The notes under the pieces: model-generated
The model's database searches: none
What the model was told of the DNA's origin: nothing
The model's input: the letters and a program-made list of their open reading frames with translations, nothing else
Shown here: piece by piece, positions 39,601 to 49,345 of the stretch
Position numbering within the stretch: the first letter of the stretch is position 1
How the letters are laid out: each line of letters starts with the position of its first letter
NCBI RefSeq assembly: GCF_035084215.1
Contig: NC_090335.1
Location: forward strand, 47,988,001 to 48,052,000
From: Heptranchias perlo
Taxonomy: Eukaryota
Reading direction: 5' to 3'
Length of the DNA: 64,000 nucleotides
Position numbers and translations under genes: made by a program

Positions 39601-40013
39601 TGTTTGAGTCGGTGTCCTTGATCGCTGTCAATTAAACACCAGTTTCAGATAGATCTGACTGTTTATTGCAGCTGAAGTTAAAACTTGTTGCTTTCTCAAT
39701 TTCATCAAATTATGAATAATATTTTGCTATCAAAATGCCTAATGCAGTGAAATTTTGGGGCAAATGAGATTTCACTATAAAAAGGTTATGCTGCAATCGG
39801 AAATGGTAATAATGACTTTTTTCAAACAAAATTATTGCTTTACTAAGAAAAATTGCTTCTCCCTCCAGGTTTGTGTGTGAGGGAACTATTGAGGACAAAA
39901 TCTTTGAACTTCAGAAGAAGAAAAAGGAACTAGCAAAGAAGGTGCTATCAGGAACTGGAGAATCATTTACCAAGCTTACACTGGCCGATCTTCGAATTCT
40001 ATTTGGTGTGTGA
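3536..40013 (+). CDS. TTF2: Transcription termination factor 2 (SNF2-family ATPase), exons 2-23; exon 1 lies upstream of the window
   Basis: 22 GT-AG exons join in frame (3620 nt, phase-1 start): 3536-3647, 8349-8435, 9110-9176, 9637-10722, 12162-12288, 13126-13290, 17773-17930, 21059-21140, 21556-21669, 23398-23548, 24326-24431, 24883-25082, 25376-25529, 26179-26270, 27972-28060, 29360-29502, 30124-30294, 32077-32135, 36628-36781, 37414-37496, 38713-38787, 39869-40013. N-terminal GRF-type zinc finger ([20 protein letters not shown]), [54 protein letters not shown], and C-terminus [13 protein letters not shown]. Confidence 0.96.
4638..6722 (+). mobile_element. PIF/Harbinger DNA transposon, internally deleted
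   Basis: TIRs gggctcgatttt / aatatcgggccc. Plus strand carries a HARBI1-like transposase N-terminus (5176-5620: [39 protein letters not shown]). A convergent Myb/SANT-like ORF lies on the minus strand (~6180-6410: [18 protein letters not shown]). Confidence 0.85.
7240..7905 (+). mobile_element. Second, truncated Harbinger-like element
   Basis: Starts with TIR gggctcaatttt directly after AAT; GC-rich subterminal region resembles the 4638 element; right end missing. Confidence 0.65.
8349..8435 (+). CDS. TTF2: TTF2 exon 3
   Basis: cccag|(D)[28 protein letters not shown](R)|gtatga. Confidence 0.92.
9110..9176 (+). CDS. TTF2: TTF2 exon 4
   Basis: tgtag|[22 protein letters not shown]|gtatgg. Confidence 0.92.
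9637..10722 (+). CDS. TTF2: TTF2 exon 5 (long charged, low-complexity linker)
   Basis: Core of ORF 9577..10761; ttcag|EPNSK...[13 protein letters not shown]|gtaaca; phases match the neighbouring exons. Confidence 0.9.
10783..11045 (-). mobile_element. LINE 3' fragment (CR1/L2 clade)
   Basis: gggatgtgggcattgctggcaaggc..cttgagaaggtggtggtg motif, also at ~35630-36270, ~47745 and ~57015. Confidence 0.6.
12162..12288 (+). CDS. TTF2: TTF2 exon 6
   Basis: [29 protein letters not shown] (conserved LPDKG motif). Confidence 0.92.
12560..12782 (-). mobile_element. CR1 LINE 3' fragment
   Basis: aacataagaacaggagtaggtcattcagcccctcgag CR1 3' UTR in reverse orientation. Confidence 0.75.
13126..13290 (+). 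CDS. TTF2: TTF2 exon 7
   Basis: tctag|[12 protein letters not shown]...NQVYR|gtaaaa; phase 1-1 fits the neighbouring exons. Confidence 0.8.
15605..15990 (-). mobile_element. CR1 LINE 3' fragment
   Basis: ORF 15693..15932: [29 protein letters not shown]. Confidence 0.88.
16912..17505 (+). mobile_element. CR1 LINE 3' fragment
   Basis: [24 protein letters not shown]...WNSLPERVV; ends in the CR1 3' UTR. Confidence 0.9.
17773..17930 (+). CDS. TTF2: TTF2 exon 8
   Basis: [12 protein letters not shown]...[12 protein letters not shown]...EDPPYLK|gtaatt. Confidence 0.92.
18250..18365 (+). mobile_element. Fragment of the Penelope-derived short repeat
   Basis: cctgaaacggtaac..ccacagatgctgc..ttccagcattttctgtttttatttcagatttccagcatc. 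Confidence 0.65.
21059..21140 (+). CDS. TTF2: TTF2 exon 9 (Q motif)
   Basis: [27 protein letters not shown]|gtaaga. Confidence 0.93.
21556..21669 (+). CDS. TTF2: TTF2 exon 10 (Walker A)
   Basis: [19 protein letters not shown]. Confidence 0.94.
21848..22215 (+). mobile_element. Deu-domain SINE, diverged
   Basis: Same head, core and tail as 3045-3477. Confidence 0.7.
23398..23548 (+). CDS. TTF2: TTF2 exon 11 (motif Ia)
   Basis: [19 protein letters not shown]...YMYHGPKR|gtgagt. Confidence 0.94.
24326..24431 (+). CDS. TTF2: TTF2 exon 12
   Basis: [19 protein letters not shown]|gtaagt. Confidence 0.92.
24883..25082 (+). CDS. TTF2: TTF2 exon 13 (DEAH and motif III)
   Basis: [14 protein letters not shown]...[20 protein letters not shown]. 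Confidence 0.95.
25376..25529 (+). CDS. TTF2: TTF2 exon 14
   Basis: [14 protein letters not shown]...[18 protein letters not shown]. Confidence 0.93.
26179..26270 (+). CDS. TTF2: TTF2 exon 15
   Basis: VALPQR...[18 protein letters not shown]. Confidence 0.92.
27972..28060 (+). CDS. TTF2: TTF2 exon 16
   Basis: [12 protein letters not shown]...DNPFNR. Confidence 0.9.
29360..29502 (+). CDS. TTF2: TTF2 exon 17
   Basis: [24 protein letters not shown]. Confidence 0.93.
30124..30294 (+). CDS. TTF2: TTF2 exon 18
   Basis: [18 protein letters not shown]...[10 protein letters not shown]. Confidence 0.92.
30895..31870 (-). mobile_element. L2 LINE 3' fragment
   Basis: [33 protein letters not shown] is the typical L2 ORF2 C-terminal region. 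Confidence 0.8.
32077..32135 (+). CDS. TTF2: TTF2 exon 19
   Basis: [19 protein letters not shown]. Confidence 0.9.
32640..32985 (+). mobile_element. Decayed Harbinger Myb/SANT-like ORF remnant
   Basis: [19 protein letters not shown]|gtaa parallels [18 protein letters not shown]|gtga of the 4638 element; element boundaries unclear (~32.27-35.6 kb). Confidence 0.55.
34251..34287 (-). ncRNA. Minimal hammerhead ribozyme, mirror copy
   Basis: Exact reverse complement of 35375-35411. Confidence 0.75.
35375..35411 (+). ncRNA. Minimal hammerhead ribozyme (Penelope pLTR)
   Basis: ttgc-CUGAGGA-aggag.aaaat.ctcc-GAAA-gc-UU-gtga; palindromic AAGCUU stem III. Confidence 0.75.
35826..35960 (-). mobile_element. 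Penelope-derived short repeat with hammerhead core
   Basis: Minus strand CUGACGA-aaggtc.ttc.gacct-GAAA-cg-UU-aac (35921-35955); nested inside a LINE fragment. Confidence 0.65.
36628..36781 (+). CDS. TTF2: TTF2 exon 20 (motif IV)
   Basis: [11 protein letters not shown]...[18 protein letters not shown]. Confidence 0.94.
37414..37496 (+). CDS. TTF2: TTF2 exon 21 (motif V)
   Basis: [27 protein letters not shown]. Confidence 0.95.
38713..38787 (+). CDS. TTF2: TTF2 exon 22 (motif VI)
   Basis: [24 protein letters not shown]. Confidence 0.95.
39869..40013 (+). CDS. TTF2: TTF2 exon 23, terminal coding exon
   Basis: [50 protein letters not shown]. Confidence 0.95.
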
Positions 40014-41713
40014 GTCTCGAAGAGAAAACAGTCCTGAAATCTAATTGTTTATCAGTGGAGCATTCTAACAAATCTCATTCTTACAGAACTATAGTTAAGG
40101 GGCCAGTTAGAACTTCTGGATGTCTTAAACGTTTATGTCAAACATAATATGGATGTTAGTGTGTAATTATGATGGCCTACAAAAACTTTATAAGTTTATG
40201 AGTCATTTATATATTTGGTGTGTAAGTTTCTTTGTTTCAAAAATGAAATACATAGCTGCTTCATCCCTGTCTGGAGCCTGATATCCTCCACATGATTGGA
40301 TCTTAAAGTCTGGCAAAAAAGGGAGTTTTTTTTTAAACAAGAGATTACTTGATTTTTATCAGGTATAAAAACAATTCCCAATGAAAATGAAGATGTGCTT
40401 TATCAAAGTAAATACGATTTCAGTTTGGTCAGAATGTTGCTTTCTTAACTTGGCACTTGTCATTCTTTATAGACTGAATGTAAGCAGGGAAATTAATCAT
40501 TAAATTATTTTGACTCCTTTCTGCAAAATACTTTGGAAAAGATTTTGTGATCTGGTTTCTTTCAATAACTGATTCATTTCACACTTGCAGCATCTTTTAA
40601 AATACAGAACAATTCTTTAACCAAGCATGGCTTTTACATTGAGAAAATATTTGTGAATAATGCAATGAGTTAATGCTCTGTCCCTGAGGTGTGTGAGTTT
40701 GAATCTAGCTCAGATTGCAATGGAAATCCCCTTTGCTGATGTCAGTGCTCTTTGTGAAATGAGTTTTAGGCAGACTTGACACAATGGCTAATGATTTTGC
40801 TGCATTGCCCAAAGCTGCCAACAAATCAGTACAAATTGACAGTAAATTTTCAGTCTTGTTGGGTGGTTGGTGAGGCTAGGTTCAAGGCACATTGTTGGAG
40901 CAAAGCAGAGAGAGGTTTATTCTGCACCTGCAAGCTGGAAATATTTCAGAATGACACCGGATGGCCAAAATAAGAAAGTGTTCTACTCCACAGAACTGGC
41001 CTCTTTCATCATATAAGCACAAACAATCACCAAAATGTAACTTTAAATAAAAATAATTGTGATTTACTCCAACCTCCATTCTGTGAACCTTCATATTAGA
41101 ATTGGGAGCTTGATTTATATTCTGTTTAAAAATGAAATGTCATTGTGGTCCAATGCCTTTTATCTACAGAGTCTAAAAAGGACAGGTAGATTATTAAAAA
41201 AATTCTCTAGTTTATAACTGATAAAATTCATTATTCGAAGTTAATCCAGAGTTTCCAATTCGCATCTAACCATTGAAAATCTTCCATTTGTTTAAACTAG
41301 TGCTTTTCAAACTTCTGTATGGAGGATCCCTTGCAAATATTGCAAAAACTCCACAGGACCACCAGTCCTGACTTATGTAAAAGATATCGGCTACCGAAAG
41401 AAAAGCGATGCTGTCATGGTAGAAAACATTTTTATTAGTATACAGCAAAATAAGCATCAGTCACCAAATATGAGCTCATAGGATCCCAGTTTGAAAACCT
41501 GTGGTTTGAGCATCATGTAATAGGTTGAATTAGTTGAAGTACAGATTGTTTTTCTGCTAAAAAGATTTGCTCTGATGGCTGGTCTTGTGTAACCTGTTGA
41601 GATGTCCTCCATTTTATTAATTCCATAATGCATGCATTTCCTGCAAGTTGACAGTTATCAATGTTTACAGACAAAAATGTTTTTTTTTCTGTTTGCAGTG
41701 TATACAGATTCTA

Positions 41714-41719
41714 AATAAA
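41714..41719 (+). terminator. Candidate TTF2 polyadenylation signal
   Basis: AATAAA about 1.7 kb after the stop codon; another AATAAA near 41046; the region is AT-rich, so chance matches are likely. Confidence 0.35.
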
Positions 41720-43454
41720 ACTATTGGAATAGCACTCTTATTTAATGGATTGCAAAGTGAACCCTAAAACATATTGAATTTTTATGAAGTAAAGAAATGA
41801 TCATTATAAACAATTAGCATTAAAACTGGAACTTGTAACAAAAAGTCATTTCATATTATTATTTATTCCGATCTCCCAAATCTCTACCTTCCAGAAGGAC
41901 TGGAGCTGGCAATGGTATGAGAGCATTTCAGAAATGAAAAAGGACACATTACAATCATGCAAATGTTTATTACACAAAAACATGCTAAATAATTTAATTA
42001 CTTACCGTTTAGTTAGGAATCTGAACACAGATCACTGCCATCAGTAATAAACTCATTCCCACAAAGATGATGAAGTAACGTATGATTACTGGGACGAAAC
42101 GGTCATCTGTAACTACAGTACATACGGTAAGATCACCCTTCTGTGATACTAGCTTGTCAACCAGTTAACGCACTCTCAGGAAATTATTTTGCTGCTTTAT
42201 TTTTTAAACTGAGGCATTTACTTTAACTGGGTTGACACCTTAGTTAAAACAACAAATTCAGGTCTGTCATAGATAACTTCAGGTTTCAATGGCATTAGTC
42301 TCTCCCCTAAATGATCTGCGCATCTTTTAATGGAGTTGACTCGTGCTACCCTGTATCTACTTGTAGAATAGCATAGCCAAGGGTGCAACAATAGTATCTG
42401 CTCATGATCTGAACTTGTTATTTATTTTACGTGTGCTTCATTAATCTTGTCGAAGGTGGATCGAGCAATCACATGGTGAGACAGGGCCAGATACGAATCG
42501 TAAAGCTGCTTTCTTACACAATATGAGTACACATAACACTTAATTCAGTTCAACTTATCTTCATATATTAATACAAAATAACGCACCAAGCTTCCCCACA
42601 TCAATAATTCAGTCTCAGTGAAAACTCTTGCAGCTTTCTGTTTTAAAAACCTGACCGTCTGCCAGTGTCTTTGTCTCTGTTTTTATCTCCCTCTGTTCAT
42701 GGTGATCAAAAAGTTTCAATGTGACTCACTCCAACAGAGATAATTAGATATCATAGTCATTGCAGGGCCTCAGCGTCTCAATTACCAAGCGAAGTCAATC
42801 ACCAGTCAATCTGACAATGTATATGATTTACTGCTTCTAAGAATCGGGTGTAGGAAGATGAAATACTGAGGCAAAAAATCATTTAAACTGACTTGCATTT
42901 TTATGGAATAATTATATTATAAATTACATTAATCTGGCAATTCTGTATTAGCCAAAATCCTGTGGTTTAGCATATTACTGCATGTCATTATACTGAAACA
43001 AGCATTTGAAAAGTTCATAAATTTTGTCTTTAATTTGTCGTCTTATAGATTAATAGCGTCTGTCAACATGTCAGTTCAGTTTGTAGATAAATATATCACT
43101 GTGTAAAGTATCTGAATCTGTGACTTTAAATGGAGAACTAATTGTTTTCCGTGTACATAGGCCCTAAATCTAAAAAATTAAAAGGTCTGTACGATTACCC
43201 ATTAATACAGTTGTAATCCCTAGCTATATATTATGTTGTTTAAACTGACTGACTTGCACACTAACATTGTATGGAATATATTTATCAAAATGTTACTCCA
43301 GAGCCCATATCTCTTACTGACTGGTTGTCTATCCAACTCTCCATCCGCTCAGTCTTTTGTCAAGATTGCTGGCCATTTCTCTGGTCAGTCCCTGTTTCTG
43401 ATTAGCTATCCCTGTGAGCGTGTTACTGCCATTTCTCCCAATGTATGCTTATAA

Positions 43455-43896
43455 GAACATAAGAAATAGGAGCAAGAGTAGGCCATATGGCCCCTTGAGC
43501 CTGCTCCACCATTCAATAAGATCATGGCTGATCTTCGACCTCAACTCCACTTTCCAGCCCGTTCCCCATATCCCTTGATTCCCCTAGATTCCAAAAATCT
43601 ATCTATCTCAGCCTTGAATATACTCAACAACTCAGCACCCACAGCCCTCTGGGCTATAGAATTCCAAAGATTCACAACCCTCTGAGTGAAGAAATTCCTC
43701 CTCATCTCAGTCTTAAATGGCCGACCCCTTATCCTGAGACTATGCCCCCTAGTTCTAGACTCTCCAGCTAGGGGATGCAACCTCTTAGCATCTACCCTGT
43801 CAACCTCCCTCAGAATCTTGTATGGTTCAATGAGATCACCTCTCATTCTTCTAAACTCCAGAGAGTATAGGCCCATTCTACTCAATCTCTCCTCAT
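43455..43896 (-). mobile_element. CR1 LINE 3' fragment
   Basis: ORF 43541..43885: [30 protein letters not shown]. Confidence 0.9.
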
Positions 43897-45153
43897 CAAT
43901 TTCACTATTTGTCTATGTAGTAACTCATTTATCTGTGTACCTGTACCCAATTTTACTGCTATACTTGTGTTCTTATTAACTATAAATATACAATATTAGA
44001 ATCATACATGTTTATATTCTAATTAGTTCTGCGGTTTGCATTGTAGTTATAAGAAACAAACATTTTCATTATAACAAAACGTATTTAAAAGAAACTTGCT
44101 TTTAATTATAAGGAGCTATCCTATTTTATCAGATGTGCTATAAGCTGCGGTGTAATTTACTTAAGTAACAATAGTATTAATAGTCTAAACACTATTAATA
44201 TTCACATTTTAATTAGAATGTCATTTTATATTGTACTCTAAATGGACGTACAGGTAGTACTTTGGTAGTACATGAGGCGACCCAGTTAAACGTTGATTAT
44301 TACCTGGGAGGATTTTTATCATAAGTTATGATTGATTGGATATTATGTAAGTATCCCTTGAAACTGATACTGGTAGAAATTCTATAATTGTCCTTTATAC
44401 AGAATATGTAAAGCACAGCAGTAATATTTTATGAATGCAATTAGTAGCATTCGGATTGGAGTCAATTGTTCTTTTCTGGCAATAAGAAGTAAATAAACCA
44501 GGGCATAATTTTCAATCATAAATGCTCTCATTGTTATAATTAGAGTAAAACAACAGAAAATGTCCGTCAAACAGTACGTTTATCTCTCATTAAGGACAGT
44601 TTAAAATATCCTGTTCCCCATGTATTACCACGCTGTACTTTGATACGTAGTTCACTGTATATCAGTATTAAACATCAACTACACAAAAGGCAGTTATCGA
44701 AATAACGATAGCCCTACACTTAGAATTCAGACGGTAAAACTTGGGACATGTAACAAATATGTCAGTTCTAACGAAAGGTCATGGACCAGAACGTTAACTC
44801 TGTTTCTTTCTCCATAGATATTGCCTGACTTGCTGAGTATTTCCAGCATTTTCTGTCTTTATTTCACAAACATAGTGTTTATCGATTCAATTTCATCTTT
44901 TATAGATCCAGTCGAATACTTCGGTGTGCAAATGTTATCGAAATATATTTCTAATGAATATCGACCAGAAATACATTTTAACACAGTTACAGTTCATTTC
45001 TGATAAAAATGCAGATTGGTTTTAAGCAAGTTTGTCATCTGTACTGACCTGTATCTCTTTTATATAAATACCGTTGAGTATCCGCTCGCTCATAAGAATC
45101 CGCCGTTAAAAGATTGTTACCCTCATAATTGTACATATCGACCTGATCGACTG

Positions 45154-47040
45154 TCAGCAGAGCAGTCCTTCCTTGAATCGAACTGTAGCACACAGCAACT
45201 TATTTATATCTAATAAAGTGTGTTTATCAATTTTACCTACTGTGCGTGATCCGAATATTGTGCCTTTTCCATTTATGCATAAAACATTTATATTTGGCAT
45301 TCCACTAGTTGGATGTGGATTAACAGTAACTGGGAGTAGCGAACTGTGGGATTTATCCCCTTTTTGTAAACAACTTACCTCCGCTGTGACTGATCTTTTT
45401 CCTCACTGAGCCGAGGACTGTAACGTGTTGTACCTGACAGGTGACGACCGTTCCCCGGTCCAAGTGAGTGTCTCTAATCCACAGCCGGGAGCTCAGGTTG
45501 TAGGTGCCGTCACTGTTTACAGTCGGGGAGCCCTGTTCTGTTTGATAGGAGACATTTCCCGCTACAATCCAAGAAATGTTCAGATCTCTCGGGAAAAATC
45601 CCACAGCCACACAAATCAGAGTCTGAATCCCAGCAACTTCATTCTCTGGATCCGCAGAGAGATAGACTTGAGGTTCCGCTAAATAAACACATCAAAATAA
45701 CTTAAATTACAACAATCTGAGTTATAGCAAATATATAAAGAACTGTGTAAAATATTTAAATTTATGCATTTTTGATATTAAATGGGAAACTGCAGAATCA
45801 ATTTGATTAGATTGTGTCTCAATATACAAATCACCAGATACATATAATAAAATATAACACACATGTAACAATGAAAAACGGGCCAGAATAATATCCCGTG
45901 ACTTCACAATAAGTTTCTTTCGGGCACAAATTCCGTTTGTTTTCCTTTGGATCAATATCGTCAAGAAAACTGAAATAAATTGACAATACTTAGTTCACAA
46001 AATCCGTTTTGCTATTTGTAATTCGCTTCTTACATAAATAATATTCAGCCGTTAATATTGGTGTCAGCATTCTACAGTTTTGTCTCTTGGCTGTTTTTCT
46101 TCAAACGAAGTTTTAAAACTATATGAAAGTCCCTGCTGTTGAATGGTTATTGTGGAATTAAAGCTAAACGCTGGTGTATTCAGCCTAGCTCCCAGTGCAC
46201 AGAACATGTCAGTCCCAGATTAGATGTGTGTGCGGCTATTTCTGTTTCCTTTGCCCCATATATTGAATTATTTCAGTTTTAGTTAATCTAATTACCATGG
46301 ATCAAAAGCAAAATACCGCGGATGTTGGAAGTCTGAAATAAAGACAGGAAATGCTGGAAACACTCAGCGGGTCAGGCAGTATTTGTGGAGAGAGAAACCG
46401 GATTAACGTTTCAGGTCCATGACCTTAGAAACTTAAATCTCTCAATTCTTCCAGTTCTGATGAATGGTCATCGACCTGAAACGTTAACTCTGGTTCTCTC
46501 TTCACAGATGCTGCTTTACCTATTGAGCGTTTCCAACATTTTCTGTTTTTATTTCATAATTACCTTGGATGTTCAGTTCTGTTTCTTCTCCTGTAAAGGT
46601 TCTCCCGGGTCGAGGCGTCTCTTTAAGAACCAGGCAGTGGTAAGTATCTGAATCTTTCACAATCACCTCCCGAATGACAAGCGAACCCTCAGACACAGAC
46701 ACGCGAGAGCTTTGATTGAGGAAATTCTTAGTTTCGTTGCCTCTGATGCCAGGATTGTCTCTTGTTCTATACCAGTAATATCTCACCGAATCCACCTGCT
46801 CCTCTCCGGGTAACAGGGTGCAGTTGATCCGAGCTGTCTGTCCTCTCAGGAGGGACAGAGCTGAAGGAGACTGGATCACTTTCAGACCGACAGCAGGCCC
46901 TGGGACATAAAATTACAAGTAGGAACATAAAATCAAAATGATCTGAGTACAACTAGAATAAATGTTAACTGGGGTAAAAGAGAACGCTTACCTAATACAA
47001 GGAGCCAAAGTTTGAGAACAATGATTCTAAATGGACCCAT
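45154..47040 (-). CDS. Non-rearranging VJ-C1 immunoglobulin-superfamily gene, copy A (antigen-receptor-like, NKp30/PRARP-like), ~246 aa
   Basis: Leader 47040-46992 (MGPFRIIVLKLWLLVL|gtaagc). V exon 46899-46564 (VIQSP..INC..YYWYR..DSDTYHC..RTFTGEETELNIQ|gtaatt). C1 exon 45678-45379 (TLICVAVGFFPRDLNISW..NSDGTYNLSSRL..VTCQVQH|gtaagt). All introns are phase 1. The tail exon 45209-45154 (DINKLLCATVRFKEGLLC*) is less certain. Confidence 0.85.
46305..46557. mobile_element. Inverted-repeat Penelope-derived element with hammerhead in the V-C1 intron (copy B at ~55579-55831)
   Basis: Two inverted arms; + strand gtt-CUGAUGA-atggtc.atc.gacct-GAAA-cg-UU-aac at 46454-46488 and 55728-55762. Confidence 0.7.
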
Positions 47041-48504
47041 ATTGCTGAAGCCACCGTGTCACCGGTTGGTTAGACCTGGTAAGCTATGCAAAGTTAAGAT
47101 CGTTGGGACATTATTGCGGTTGTAAAGAATAGTTCGTCATATCACACTAGCTGCTGGTGGCCAGGGGCCCCAGCTAAATAGGAGGGGGCTCGCAGTAAAA
47201 CTCCCCCTAACGCAGAAAAATTGCATTCAACCGCTGGATCAGTTTAATTTAAGCGTAGTATATTGTGATATGATTTACTTCATTATCAATGCAGTGTGTA
47301 AACATCCTGGGCCTATTCATGCATTTTACTACATGCTTGTGTTTTAATGGATATGGGAGGAAGCCCCCCCATGTTCTTGGTGCCCATGGTACCAAGTGAA
47401 AAAAGCTAAGGGAAGTTGAAAACTCTATATAACATGCACAGAGCAGCAGTAAATAACATTTTTTTCAAATGAAAATGAAAGTTGACCAAAGACAATGACA
47501 CAGAAATGAAGAATCTAGGTCGCTAGAAATAAAAATGTTGACTTAGTTGCTGATCAGAGGCTTGAGATAGTTTACTGAAGTGATCAAATACATAACTTCA
47601 CAACACTGCAACTTGTTTCAAAAAACATGCCAAATAGTTGTTTAATTTTGTTAAATGTAGCAATGGAATATTTTTATTTGTTGATGAACAATCATTTATT
47701 TAAATAGGTGAGAAAGCTACTTTGATTTTTTTAAAAGTCATGCTCAGGATGTGGGCATCGCTGGCAAGCCTGGCATTTATTGCCCATCCCTAGTTGCCCT
47801 TGAAAATAGTAGTTTGATACAACTGAGTAGCTTGCTGGGCCACTTCAGAGGGCAGTTAAGAGTCAACTACGTTGGTGTGGGACTGGAGTCATATGTAGTC
47901 CAGACAAGTGTCTAAGGAAGGCAAGTTTCCTTCACTGAAGGACATTAGTCAGCTAGTTTTTTTTATGACAATCCCACAGCTTTATGGTCACTTTTACTGA
48001 TACCAGCTTTCTATTTCCAGATTTTTTAAAAAGTGAATTCAAATTCTCGAACTGCCATGGTGGGATTTGAACTCACTTTCTCTGGATTATTAGTCCAGTA
48101 AGATAACTGCAATGCTACCATACCCATAATAATAAGTCCTGAAAGGACTCGTTACTAACTTGTATAGGACCGGTTGGTAAACCTGTTGTTTCACCACAGA
48201 TTCCACATTGTTGGTAAAGGGTTTTGGATTTGTATTAATTCAAAGGCAACTGTGTAATTTGGGAGTCAGAACTCTGATCCGAGTTCCCATCGCATTGAAA
48301 CTAAGAGGGTGAGACCAGCTCAAAGAATTCCAATGGACCCCCAGGAAACTTAATGATAAATTTTAAAAGTCTTTTAAGGCGCTTTTACAATGGCACTTAT
48401 TCAGTTTGGGTCGCCAAAGAATAGCATCCATGTGTCTTCCCCCAGCCTTTAGATGGCTAAAGCCTGTTCCCTGATCCCAATGGAAGAATTATTTCAGTCT
48501 AAAC

Positions 48505-49345
48505 CAACACATAGAATTACATAGAATTTATAGCACAGAAACGGGCCATTCGGCCCCACTGGTCAATGTCGGTGTTTATGCTCCACATGAGCCTCCTCCT
48601 TCCCCACTTCATCTAACCCGATCACCATATCCTTCTATTCCTTTCTCCCTCATGTACTTATCTAGCTTCCCCTCAAATACATCTATGATATTCACCTCAA
48701 CTACTCCATGTGGGAGGAGGCGCGTGTGGAGCATAAATGCTAGCATAGACCAGTTGGGCCGACTGGCCTGTTTCTATGCTGTACATTCTATGAAATTCCA
48801 TGTAAAGTTCCACATTTCAACCACTCTCTAATTTCTCATGAATTCCTTGTTGGTTTTATAATGAGTATCTTATTCTTATGACCCCCAGTTTTGGACTCCC
48901 CCACAAGTGGAAACATCTTCTATATGTCGACCATATTAAACCCCTTCATCATTTTAAGGACTTCTATTGGGTCACCCCTCAGCCTTCTCTGTTCTAGAGA
49001 AAGGAGCTCCAGCCTGTTCAGTCTTTCCTGATAGTTATAACCTTTCAGTTCTGGTATCATCCTTGTAAATCTTTTTTGCACCTTCTCCAGTGCCACGATA
49101 TCCTTTTTGGAACACGGAGGCCAAAACTGTGCACAGTACGGCAAGTGTAGTCTAACCAAGGTTATATATATGTTTAACATAACCTCTCTGCTTTTCAATG
49201 TTATTCCTCTAGAAATTAACCTTAATGCTTTGTTTGCATTTTTATGGCCTTGTTAACTTGCAATGCTAACTTTAATGATTTGTGAATCTGTACCCCTACA
49301 TCCCTTTGCTCCTCTACCCCATTTAGACTCTTATTTTCCAAGGAA
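48505..49345 (-). mobile_element. CR1 LINE 3' fragment(s)
   Basis: ORF 48920..49198: LVRLHLPYCAQFW..LEKVQKRFTRMIP. Confidence 0.85.

Noticed and set aside
44382-44570. Hydrophobic minus-strand ORF as the TM exon of the Ig gene
   Set aside because: AT-rich composition explains the hydrophobicity, and I found no convincing in-phase splice sites
46520-46899. Rearranging Ig/TCR V segment
   Set aside because: No heptamer/nonamer RSS seen after the YHC motif; the G strand is already joined and ends in a splice donor
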